DNA from: Candidatus Poribacteria bacterium
GTDB taxonomy: Bacteria > Poribacteria > WGA-4E > WGA-3G
DNA length: 64,000 nt
Direction of reading: 5' to 3'
NCBI GenBank assembly: GCA_965215265.1
Contig: OZ244048.1
Coordinates: 2,368,001 to 2,432,000, forward strand
In this document: in pieces, positions 20,619 through 29,682 of the stretch
Layout: every line of letters begins with the position of its first letter
Numbering within the stretch: the first letter of the stretch is position 1
Notes under the pieces: model-generated
Told to the model about the DNA's origin: nothing
Database searches by the model: none
Seen by the model: the letters and a program-made list of their open reading frames with translations, nothing else
Translations under genes and position numbers: made by a program

Positions 20619-21659
20619 TTACGTGTCAGTACCGTTGTCAGCTGCCTCCAGCTGCCGCACGAGTTCTGCCCGCACCTCCGGAGATAAATCCCGAATCTCC
20701 TCCGGGCGAAGTCCGGCTAACCGCTCCTCGGGGCTGAGTCCTTCGACGCGCTCCTCGGGGCTGAGTCCTTTGACACGTTCATCGGGACTCAGGCGTGCTA
20801 ACATATCGGCCCGGTCTGCCGCAGATAACCTTGCTAACATGTCCGCGCGGGCTTCAGCGGGCAGCCGTGCGAGCAGATCCGCCCGGTCTTGAGGACTCAA
20901 GCGGGCCAGCATGTCCGCACGCTCCTCCGATGTCAGTGCTGACAGCAGCTTCGGACCTAAAGTCGTCGCGACTTCGCGAAGACGACTCTGAAAGAAATCT
21001 TGACGGCCTTCCATTTCACAAATCTCCTCCGTGACTTCCGGCTGCAAATACAACGCGGAGTCAAAATATAACGTATTCTCTTCTGTTATCACACGCCGCA
21101 GGAACGCACGAAACTGTTTCTGCGCCGACGCAAACAGCAGCAACCAATAATTCGGCTCAACCAACTCCACTTCATTGCAAACCAACAGATGCACCGGCAC
21201 GCCATCCATCAACCGATAATGCCCCGCCGCCAACGGCTCCCACGGCTCCCCAAAAGGCGGATGTGTCAGCAGCGCCCGCGGCTTCCGAGACGATACTATC
21301 GTCAGGGTTAACTCGGTTGCAGGCACCTGCTTATCTGCCAGATAACCACGCGCACGCATGCAAATCCGGTGATACGCCGATTCATTCAACGGGTCGTTTT
21401 GTCCTTTGAATTCAAACAGATTATGCGTGCGTAAGTAAGAGAGCAGCGGATTGTCCCGCACTCTCGCGCGGGCTGCGGCGCTTTCGAGGAGAGCGAGTGC
21501 ATCTATGCGCTGCGGCAACCGGTTCACTTCTATCTCTGTCTGGATAGAGGCACCCAGCCCAGAGAACAGCAGCGCGAGAAACTCTTTGAAGAAAGGGTCC
21601 CAGAGTTTCCGTTTGCTTGGTGTTTGTTTGGATGTCTCTGGTGCCGTAGTTTGCCTCAT
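20619..21659 (-). CDS. PD-(D/E)XK nuclease-like / Rpn-like protein with C-terminal tandem repeats
   Basis: WDPFFK..EIEV...PQRID..FEFK pattern; repeat tail; SD AAGGAG before start. Confidence 0.7.
   Translation of the reverse strand: MRQTTAPETSKQTPSKRKLWDPFFKEFLALLFSGLGASIQTEIEVNRLPQRIDALALLESAAARARVRDNPLLSYLRTHNLFEFKGQNDPLNESAYHRICMRARGYLADKQVPATELTLTIVSSRKPRALLTHPPFGEPWEPLAAGHYRLMDGVPVHLLVCNEVELVEPNYWLLLFASAQKQFRAFLRRVITEENTLYFDSALYLQPEVTEEICEMEGRQDFFQSRLREVATTLGPKLLSALTSEERADMLARLSPQDRADLLARLPAEARADMLARLSAADRADMLARLSPDERVKGLSPEERVEGLSPEERLAGLRPEEIRDLSPEVRAELVRQLEAADNGTDT
20660..20935 (-). repeat. Intragenic coding tandem repeats: 4 x 12 aa (xxRADMLARLS) then about 4 x 9 aa (PEERVEGLS)
   Basis: Seen in the translation; near-identical 27-bp units cgctcctcggggctgagtcctt. 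Confidence 0.85.
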
Positions 21660-21821
21660 CTATCTCCTTAGACGCTTAACTCCTTATCATAAAGTATAGC
21701 AGCCTTTCTGCTTTTTTGTCAACGCCTTTTTTTGGGGCCCCGGTGCGAAAATCGCGCCTGTTTTGACTCGCACCAGGGCATCGGATTTTCCGGCACAAAA
21801 GCAGAGCCATCTATCCAAAGC

Positions 21822-21861
21822 AAAAAAATAGGGGCAACCACTTGTGAGGGTGGCTGCCCCT
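21822..21861 (-). terminator. Intrinsic terminator of the large LRR/LTD gene
   Basis: GGGGCAACCAC/GTGGCTGCCCC stem with an adjacent A7 run on + (U tract on -). Confidence 0.8.
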
Positions 21862-21895
21862 GGTTTGGGTTAGGTGAGTTTAGCATTCACAGCGT

Positions 21896-24800
21896 TTATT
21901 CTTCCGATTTGAGCGTTGCCCAGCGTTCTGTGAGTTTCCCATCTGCACTCAGATGCCCTTTCAAGCGGGTTGTCTGCAGCGTCTGCTGCACACCTGCGTT
22001 GGAGACATCTTCAATGCGGTAGTAATACACCACATTCGGTTTGGCAGACGTATCCGTCCAACTATAGTCGTTGCGTTCGCCTGTGGTGCCGGCCCCTGCA
22101 ATCAACTCGGAGTTTATCTTTGTGAAGGTGCCGTTGCGCGCATCGCTCCGCAGCAGGTTGAATCCTGCGTTGTTCAACTCGGATTCGGTTGCCCAACTGA
22201 TGACGATAGCGCCTTCTACGCGTTTCGCGGTGAATGCAGAGAGCGCCACGGGCAGCGGGCCGCCGCCCCGATAGCCGGGAGTGCCTTCATCCTCAGCATT
22301 ACCGTAGAAGGTGTCGCGCTGCGCCTCGTTCAAAGAGGTGTTGGCGGCTAGCACCCAACCCGCTTCGGTGGTGCCGTCTTCGGCAACTGCGCCGGTGGCA
22401 CGGCTAGCGCTGCCGTAGCGGCGGATGATGGAGCTGCGCCCGTCTTCAAGCATTGGCAGCTCCCAGGCAGGTTCTTCCCCTCGCCCGACATAGTTGCCAA
22501 CCGTATCCACCACGGGCTTGACACCAGAGGCTTCTTTACCATATAACGTCAACTTGAAGGCGGTGGTGGCTAGCACCGGCGAACGCCGTTCCAAGTCCAG
22601 TTTATCGCGATAAGCACTCTCGCGCCGCAGGTTGATGACACGTGCATCAGGGAAGTGGCCAGAGGTGCGCCCGGTGTCTGTCACGATGAGCAGCGTCTGG
22701 TTCGGGGGGATTATCTTACCGCCTACGAATTTGAGCGTCACATCTGGGCGAACGGCGGTGTCGGTGGTGGCATCTTGTTGGATGCGGAGCGTCCAGTCGT
22801 TCAGATTCACCGCTTCGGTTAGAGAACTATTGTGCAGCTCTATCCACTGCGGCAGCCGGTTGTCTGTGTCGAACATAATCTCGCTGATGGAGACTTGGCC
22901 CGCGGCGGATTTATCTTTCACTACACCGTTCTGATACCCGGGGGTACCGCCATACGCGTCTGCGTTCGGGGTATCGCGATCCCAGCCTATGCCGGTGAAA
23001 CCGCGTTTGCTCCACGCGTTTTCCGCGAAGTTGTTCTCATTGTCGCGCTGATACACTGACCCTTCCTTGAACGCCTCATCTATATCCTTAAAGATGTCCT
23101 TGTCGGGATCCGGTGTCGCCTGCAGTGGCCAAACCTCCGTATTGTAGTTCTGAGAATCATGCGTCCCTACAAACGGAACGAAAACAGCGCCTGCCGCATC
23201 TTCTATGTGAATCGGCTTATTCTTTTGCTCTTTCTTATTCCGCAGCAGCAACAAGAACTTACCGTCGGCAGGAAGGTTGAGGCCGGATACAACTATGTAT
23301 TGGTGCTTCGCACCATGCTTCACCTCATCCGCATCGGCCACGCCAAGATCGTCCCCACCGGCGAGCAAGTTCCCTTCTGGATTGCTGTTCGCAACTAGCA
23401 ACACACCCCCGCCGGCAATGCTCTTATCAGGCAGCGTCACAAGCACCGTCTCTTTGCCGTCGAAAGGGACTTTGTCGGGGGTACCCGTCACAAGCGTGAG
23501 CTCCCACTCTTTGATATTGACGGCGTCAGTCGTGTCGTTTCGCAGCTCTACCCAGTCTAGGCTGTCATCCGTGTGATTCCCTACTTCGTTGATGACAATC
23601 TTTCGACCTTCGAAACTCGTCCGGTCTCCGGCGGCGATACGCTGAGACGGGGTCGAACCAGGGGTGCCGATACGCTGCCCACCGAGGTTTATGCTCGGCG
23701 CAGAGGACGCTTGCCAGTTATCGGAACGGTTACCGTCTTTGACTTCATCTGGATCCTTCTCAAAATCTATGCTCCTATACATCGAAACCAGAGACGCAGA
23801 CGCGGCTTTATCAGTTGCCACAGTGCGCCCACCTCCACCGGGCACCTCCCAGTAGCCCAGCCCTAGATTGCTTATGCTATCTATCACCAGATAGGGTGTC
23901 TCTCCTATTGTCACTTCCGGACGAATCTCCAGCTTGCCCGTCGTAAAATACAACGACCAAGATTTGGCAACGGCAGTATCGGCAACCGCTTTTACTGCAT
24001 ACAGCTCTATCCACTGGCCTGCCGACGACGGCGTTTGACTCGCATCTTCGCCCCACAACACTTCGCTGATGACTACATCACCTTTCGCGGCACCGCCGGT
24101 GGTTAGCTTCGGCGCTATCAATTCTATCGTCCCACCATTACGGAAAAATTCGCTCAAGTTACGAGTGAGGGCTTCTACAGGTGCAACAGCACTGGAGATA
24201 CCATGCGTCGTGGCTGAGCTACCCTCTTGGGTCAAAACCTCAAATTTGCCCGCTGCCAACGCTGAAAGCGTGAAGTAGTCCGCTTTCGCGTCAGGGAGAA
24301 ATATCGTCAAGGAGGTGAGCCCTGACAACTCTTCTGGGATATCCGACACTTGCGTAGTACCACTGATATCCAGCTCTTCCAAGTTGGTGAGGGTTGACAG
24401 GGACGAGATATCCTCTACGGGCGTATCACTGAGATCCAGCTCTTTCAAGGTGGTTAGGGTTGACAGGGGCGAGACATCCGACACGGGCGTACCCTCGAGA
24501 TTCAGCTCTTCCAAGTTGGTGGCATATTTTAGTCCTGTCAGATCGCTAACGTCTGAGTCACTTAAATCGAGGTCTGTCAAGCCTAGCATATCTCCCCGGG
24601 TGACAGCCGTCCCCGCGGCGATGTCGAGTTCCTCCTTGATTTTCGCACGGAGCGCCGCATCCGGAATGTTCACCGCGATGCTTGCTGTATCTACAGGCAC
24701 CGTCAGCGTATTCGAGGCATAGCTCAGGTTGCCCGCTATGTCCATTGTGGCATCCTCTGGCACCGTTATTTCCACATCTCCCTCAAAAACCGCCGGCGGC

Positions 24801-26068
24801 GTGATAGTCGCTCTGTAGACTTTGAAGGCGGAACTATGTTTCACCAGTCCGTTATCCTCCTTCTCCGTAGCAAAAAAACCGGGATCCCGATGGTCTAAGC
24901 CGATTAAAATCGGGTCTGAAACCTGCCAATCAGCCGGCGCGGTGGTGCCCAGTGTCACCGCGGTGTCATCTACCGTGAACGTGATGTCCGTCGCCTCGAA
25001 GCCTCGCGTGCTATCTGCAATCACACCATCATCGTCACCTCCAATCCCATAGTTGTAGAATAGAAATTCCACATCAAAGGACACTGTCTGAGTGTCAGGT
25101 TCGGTAACAGCCGCATCGGGGTCTGTCGTTGCAAAATTCACATAGGCGGTGCGGTAACCCGTCTGAACATCATGAGTCCCGTCCTTGATCAGCCCGGGGA
25201 TCCTCACGCTCGCCCGTTTAGCATCTACTTGATAGTTAAGGCCGGTATGAATATAAGGGTGCGTAGTCGGCTCCTTATAGTTCATATTCTGCCGGCCCAC
25301 GTAAAAGTCCCTATTAAGCTGTTTTGAGTAGATATACGCATCGCCGGAGGGAGTTTTCCACTTATCAGTATCGGCGGTGGTCGAGACATCGGCCGGGATG
25401 GTCGTGGCATTATCTATGATGAAATTATTTGCATCGTCCTTATACGAAGGACGACCGTCACGCACCTTCCCATCTATATTAATGCCATCGCCGAAAAGGT
25501 TATCATTGTCTTGCACCGTGTATGTGAAATATACGACTTTAAGATCGGTGTCCGCCGCGGTCCTTGCTGAATCATAGACGGCATCTCGATCAGTGCCATC
25601 GGGGGGGGGGCGGAGGGCCTCACCGTCAAATACTAGACGCAGGGACGGCAGATTGGACGTTCCATCGTGCACGACTTTGACATCTATATGAAATGTCAAC
25701 TTAAGAACGATTTCATCTCCATTACCGAAAACTTTAATCTCTTGGCCCATGGGAGGGTTGGAGTACCCCGGGGCAGTAAGAATCTCCCCTCTCTGTCCTG
25801 CTACTAGATCCGCCCGCCTCGCGTCTCTTGCAGCTTCATCGGGATTGGTATTATCCTCCCAATCTTGATATAAATGTTGCCTGCTGTACGAATAGAGCGA
25901 ATGGCCTGTATGTGTACCTTCACTCTCTATCTCAACCGACCTTAACTCCGGTTTCGTTGCCTGCACAGTAGCCATCGGTGCGGCTAACATCGCAATCCCG
26001 GCTATCAGCAGCAACACAAAAAACTTGTTCCGGAAGGCTCCTATGGGAAGCCTATTTCTTCTATTCAT
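21896..26068 (-). CDS. Large secreted surface protein: Ig-like region, internalin-type LRRs, three lamin-tail domains, PLPVxL Ig/FN3-like domain, C-terminal KLTERWATLK tail
   Basis: ATG 26068 after GGAGG; signal peptide; VNIPDAALR cap plus 22-aa LRRs; VVISEVLW, IVINEVG and VSISEIMF lamin-tail starts. Confidence 0.85.
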   Translation of the reverse strand: MNRRNRLPIGAFRNKFFVLLLIAGIAMLAAPMATVQATKPELRSVEIESEGTHTGHSLYSYSRQHLYQDWEDNTNPDEAARDARRADLVAGQRGEILTAPGYSNPPMGQEIKVFGNGDEIVLKLTFHIDVKVVHDGTSNLPSLRLVFDGEALRPPPDGTDRDAVYDSARTAADTDLKVVYFTYTVQDNDNLFGDGINIDGKVRDGRPSYKDDANNFIIDNATTIPADVSTTADTDKWKTPSGDAYIYSKQLNRDFYVGRQNMNYKEPTTHPYIHTGLNYQVDAKRASVRIPGLIKDGTHDVQTGYRTAYVNFATTDPDAAVTEPDTQTVSFDVEFLFYNYGIGGDDDGVIADSTRGFEATDITFTVDDTAVTLGTTAPADWQVSDPILIGLDHRDPGFFATEKEDNGLVKHSSAFKVYRATITPPAVFEGDVEITVPEDATMDIAGNLSYASNTLTVPVDTASIAVNIPDAALRAKIKEELDIAAGTAVTRGDMLGLTDLDLSDSDVSDLTGLKYATNLEELNLEGTPVSDVSPLSTLTTLKELDLSDTPVEDISSLSTLTNLEELDISGTTQVSDIPEELSGLTSLTIFLPDAKADYFTLSALAAGKFEVLTQEGSSATTHGISSAVAPVEALTRNLSEFFRNGGTIELIAPKLTTGGAAKGDVVISEVLWGEDASQTPSSAGQWIELYAVKAVADTAVAKSWSLYFTTGKLEIRPEVTIGETPYLVIDSISNLGLGYWEVPGGGGRTVATDKAASASLVSMYRSIDFEKDPDEVKDGNRSDNWQASSAPSINLGGQRIGTPGSTPSQRIAAGDRTSFEGRKIVINEVGNHTDDSLDWVELRNDTTDAVNIKEWELTLVTGTPDKVPFDGKETVLVTLPDKSIAGGGVLLVANSNPEGNLLAGGDDLGVADADEVKHGAKHQYIVVSGLNLPADGKFLLLLRNKKEQKNKPIHIEDAAGAVFVPFVGTHDSQNYNTEVWPLQATPDPDKDIFKDIDEAFKEGSVYQRDNENNFAENAWSKRGFTGIGWDRDTPNADAYGGTPGYQNGVVKDKSAAGQVSISEIMFDTDNRLPQWIELHNSSLTEAVNLNDWTLRIQQDATTDTAVRPDVTLKFVGGKIIPPNQTLLIVTDTGRTSGHFPDARVINLRRESAYRDKLDLERRSPVLATTAFKLTLYGKEASGVKPVVDTVGNYVGRGEEPAWELPMLEDGRSSIIRRYGSASRATGAVAEDGTTEAGWVLAANTSLNEAQRDTFYGNAEDEGTPGYRGGGPLPVALSAFTAKRVEGAIVISWATESELNNAGFNLLRSDARNGTFTKINSELIAGAGTTGERNDYSWTDTSAKPNVVYYYRIEDVSNAGVQQTLQTTRLKGHLSADGKLTERWATLKSEE
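25601..25610. repeat. G10/C10 homopolymer in a coding sequence
   Basis: gggggggggg, encoding R-P-P-P on the minus strand. Confidence 0.9.
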
Positions 26069-27177
26069 TCTTTTTTCCTCCATATAGCGAAGAAGCAAAC
26101 CTAACACGGACGGTTTAGTTTCTCGCCTGCCCAAACAAAAATATTGTTTAAAAATCAGTAATAAAATAAACTAGCCTTTAGTACATATCCGCCCTATCGG
26201 AGATTAATCGCGTTTTCAAAACAGCCTCACCTCAAAAGAGCGTTGAAATTGAGCCTGATATCTATTTGCAGACGGATTTAGACACAAGGTTCCAAACGAC
26301 TTCGTCACACTTATAGGAACGTTATGGGTTGTAAAAGGGTTATAATACAAAAGAATGTCAACCCATTTTACGCCATTTTACGGATGTTGCCTCAAACGGG
26401 TTCGGCAACTCACTTTGTAAAGTTAATTATACCTGCAATCTAAAAAAATGTCAACTCTTTTTTCTCTTATATACTTAAATATACCACAAAAATGGTAAAA
26501 GTCAAAACTTTTTTTTAGATACGGTGAACCGATACCGAATTCTGCTCGGTGTATCAATCACATTCGGGGCTTCGCCTTCGCTAATCTTAGTGAAAGTAAG
26601 GATAAAGGCAAAGGGCAGTGCCCGACGAGATGCACCGTTAAGATCCCGGTCAGGGTTTAGCATTCTATTATTTGCAAATGTGTGTCTTGTTAGTTTGACG
26701 AGATGTCCGCAGGCACCGCCCTCGGTGCTGTATCCATTGCTGTTGCACTGTAATGCTGGCGAAGATGAACGCCTTTAATGAAAGTTATTTATGGCAAATC
26801 AGAGAAGGTTGCTCATCATCTTCATCGTCGTGCACATCCGTGGTGATGTTTTCTTCTCTAGTAGATGCTGCATAACAAAAAGTCCTTGACTGTTCCCTCA
26901 TAACTGAAGTATAATTGACTTATCTACGCTATCCAAGTATTTTCCGAAAGACTTAACGAAATTAGAGAGGAGATTAGAACTGAATTGGAAAATAAAGAGA
27001 GTAGAAATGGGAATTAGAGAGCGGTTAAGAGAGATTGTGCAACTGAAAACGATGTAAAATCTACCTTTATCATAGGGTTTAACAAATGCCTGACACTAAC
27101 GCTAATTTATCAAGCAATCAAATTCGGAGTCTCTGCTTTTCTCTACTGCAGATAAAAAAAACGGAGTTCGCTAACGT

Positions 27178-27546
27178 ATGCATCGTATAATTGTCTGGAG
27201 CACAGTACTCGGTGTTATTTTGCTGGTAGGCATCGGCATGATTTACGCGCTGCGTGCCCCGCGTAGTGTGCCAAAAACCTACCCTGCGGATAACGGACCT
27301 AACTTTATTGACGTTTCTGCCTATCCACAGAAAATGCAGGCAGCTTACGAGGTCTTTACAAGCAAATGTAGCCGGTGCCACACCGTCGCACGCCCGATTA
27401 ATTCCGCATTCGCACCAGAAGACTGGCGGAAGTATGTCTACAAAATGATGCGAAAACCCGGTTCCGGCCTCACCCCGAAGACAGCAGAACAGATTATAGA
27501 ATTCTTGATTTACGATGCACAGCATCGGGAGAAAAGTACACCATGA
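27178..27546 (+). CDS. Membrane-anchored monoheme cytochrome c
   Basis: N-terminal TM helix; single CSRCH; W..YV.KMM.KPGS as distal Met region. Confidence 0.85.
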   Translation: MHRIIVWSTVLGVILLVGIGMIYALRAPRSVPKTYPADNGPNFIDVSAYPQKMQAAYEVFTSKCSRCHTVARPINSAFAPEDWRKYVYKMMRKPGSGLTPKTAEQIIEFLIYDAQHREKSTP

Positions 27547-28616
27547 TAAAATTAATACTCACCACTATAGGCATCCTGTCTTGTGCAATTGGTGCACAAG
27601 CGGGCCAACATAAAACACTTCAAGTCACAATTGATGGAAAACTGGCCCGCCTGACACCGTCCCCCATATTAAAGGGTGGCAACTGGCTGGTGCCGGTGGA
27701 ACCTTTCTCGAAACAATTGGGATTGAAGGTAGAATACCCAGAAGGCGCAGAGATGGCTGTTATCTGTGGTAGGGGTGGAGCGGCGCTCTGCGTTCCGCTT
27801 CAAGTCGGACAGGACGCGTTTCTGATTGACGGCACCTTTTATGCCCAGCCTGCACGCATCACCGAACCGTTCGGATTGGAAATTTACAACGTTTCAGCAG
27901 TGCGGGTTGAAGTTGTCCGTCCAGAACAACTCGCACCGGCGTTCACCCTTCCGGACCTTGAGGGCAACCTGCGCCAGCTGCAAGACTTTCGCGGAAAAAA
28001 GACGTTACTCTATGTCTGGGGCTCATGGTGAGGCTGCCGTGGGCAACTGCCAGGCTGGCAGCAATTCTACGCCAAACACCGGGAAAAACTAAACCTCGTC
28101 TCCATTGCGATTGATGCACAAGGCACACCGGTCGTGAAACCGTGGCACGATGCCGCTAAGGCGGAATTCGTCACGCTCGTTGATGAACAAAACAGGCTCG
28201 GCACCAGTTACCGTCTCAAAGCGATACCGTACGGTATCATGATTGACGGAGCCGGTCGCCTCGTTAAGCCACCGTTTAGCATCAACGTCTCCGATAAAAA
28301 GACAATCGCAATGCTGGAACAGTGGATAGCAGAGCCGTCCTACAATGCAACGCTGCTCGCCAATTTCAAACCACTGAGGGTATTAGAGTCGCCAAACGTT
28401 GCAGAAGCCAAATCGCGGTTCCAATTAGGACTTGTGTTGCTGGAAGTCGGCAAAAAGGAGGAGGCGATGGCAGAATGGCGAAAAGCCCTCGCATTAGACC
28501 CGGGCAACTGGATTATTCATAAGCAAATTTGGGCAGTGGAGCATCCGGACAAATTTTATGAAGGCGATGTCGATTATGGCTGGCAGAAAGCGCAGCTAGA
28601 AGCGGAAGGGAAGTAG
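27543..28616 (+). CDS. Exported selenoprotein: stalk (Cu amine oxidase N1-like) domain, redoxin with W-U-G-C, C-terminal TPR
   Basis: In-frame TGA 28029-31 in KTLLYVWGSW*GCRGQLPGWQ; frame continues into ORF 28134-28616; SECIS-like hairpin downstream. Confidence 0.85.
28038..28071 (+). promoter_or_regulatory. Candidate bacterial SECIS element
   Basis: CGTGGG/TCTACG lower stem, CTGCCA/TGGCAG upper stem, GGC loop starting after 21 nt from the UGA. Confidence 0.65.
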
Positions 28617-28730
28617 TAGCAGCAAAAAGCGTGACGGTAAGGGCAAGGTTATCTCCCCCTTTACTTGTTGACAAAGCGGGTTCAAAGCACTAACCCGTAC
28701 AACAGTCGCGCTAAACAGCGGCAAAAAAAC

Positions 28731-29633
28731 TTATGATGCAACCGCCGCTGTCTCAAGCCGTTTTCTCTGTTCTTCTAACATTTTCTGCTGCCGTTTAACA
28801 CGTTCAGGAACTAATCTTTCTCGCGGTGCTGCCGGCTGGAAATCCAAACGGTTGCATCGTAAGCCGTTTAGCACCCCCAACTCAACAGGCGAAAAATCAT
28901 TAGCGTTCTCACGGTTGAAATTCATCGGTTCTTTGAGAGCGACCGGCGGGTTGGTAATAAAACGTGCCCGTCCCGATGGATTCTGCGATGCGGCGTGCAA
29001 AATAAACGGATGGAGCAGTACAACGTCCCCTGCTTTGCCCGTAATTTCGACAAAATCCTTGCACTTCTCAATGAGCCCGCCAAACCCATTTGGGAGCACC
29101 CCTTCCGGATGTTCGTACAGCCGCTGCGCCACGTGCTGGACAGAATCACACGCGACAAACGTGCCTCCGCTTTCCGGATAGATATCCGACCAGACGACAA
29201 TCGTCAGCAGCCCCTGCTCTGGGCTATCCAGAAAGTGGCGAAAGAAATCGCCATCCTTATGCCAGCCGCCGACTTCTGGAGAAGGGGGCTGCCATGGGCC
29301 TTCTGCACCTAGTGCAAAGTTAATAATAAAGCCGTCCCCCCACGACGGTGCCGGATTCGCAACTCGAGCTTCACCCCCGAGCAGGTCACAGATAGCATCC
29401 CACGCACGCGGGGCCACCTCCTTAATCGGCACCCGATTCATAGAAGGCAGATGGATGCGCGGCACCGCCCAAGTCGTTGAATCGTCCGGCTCGTAACCGA
29501 GCCGTTTATAAGCAAATGCTCTCCATTCCTCTGCTAATGCACGTGGAAAGCAGTCCTGCAGGATAATATGCCCTCTCTCAATGAAATGGGTAATATCCGC
29601 CTCGGCCAGTGTTTTGTAAGTTTTTGACATCAA
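28731..29633 (-). CDS. Phytanoyl-CoA dioxygenase (PhyH) family Fe(II)/2OG oxygenase
   Basis: WHKDGD (HxD), GGT..A.DS, AGDVVLLHP..LHA. Confidence 0.85.
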   Translation of the reverse strand: MMSKTYKTLAEADITHFIERGHIILQDCFPRALAEEWRAFAYKRLGYEPDDSTTWAVPRIHLPSMNRVPIKEVAPRAWDAICDLLGGEARVANPAPSWGDGFIINFALGAEGPWQPPSPEVGGWHKDGDFFRHFLDSPEQGLLTIVVWSDIYPESGGTFVACDSVQHVAQRLYEHPEGVLPNGFGGLIEKCKDFVEITGKAGDVVLLHPFILHAASQNPSGRARFITNPPVALKEPMNFNRENANDFSPVELGVLNGLRCNRLDFQPAAPRERLVPERVKRQQKMLEEQRKRLETAAVAS

Positions 29634-29682
29634 TTCCCCTCTCGTGTTGCCTCATGTAAATGCGAAAAGCCTGCTTACTGGC

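Noticed and set aside
20420-22205. Possible DGR template/variable repeat pair
   Set aside because: Differences involve all bases and large deletions, and there is no reverse transcriptase in the window.
26600-26660. c-di-GMP-I riboswitch-like GGCAAA...GACG
   Set aside because: Lacks the GNRA loop, the GCAAAG continuation and the second stem; no gene immediately downstream.
28134-28616. Separate 160-aa gene
   Set aside because: In frame with 27543-28031 and better explained as the C-terminal part of a selenoprotein.
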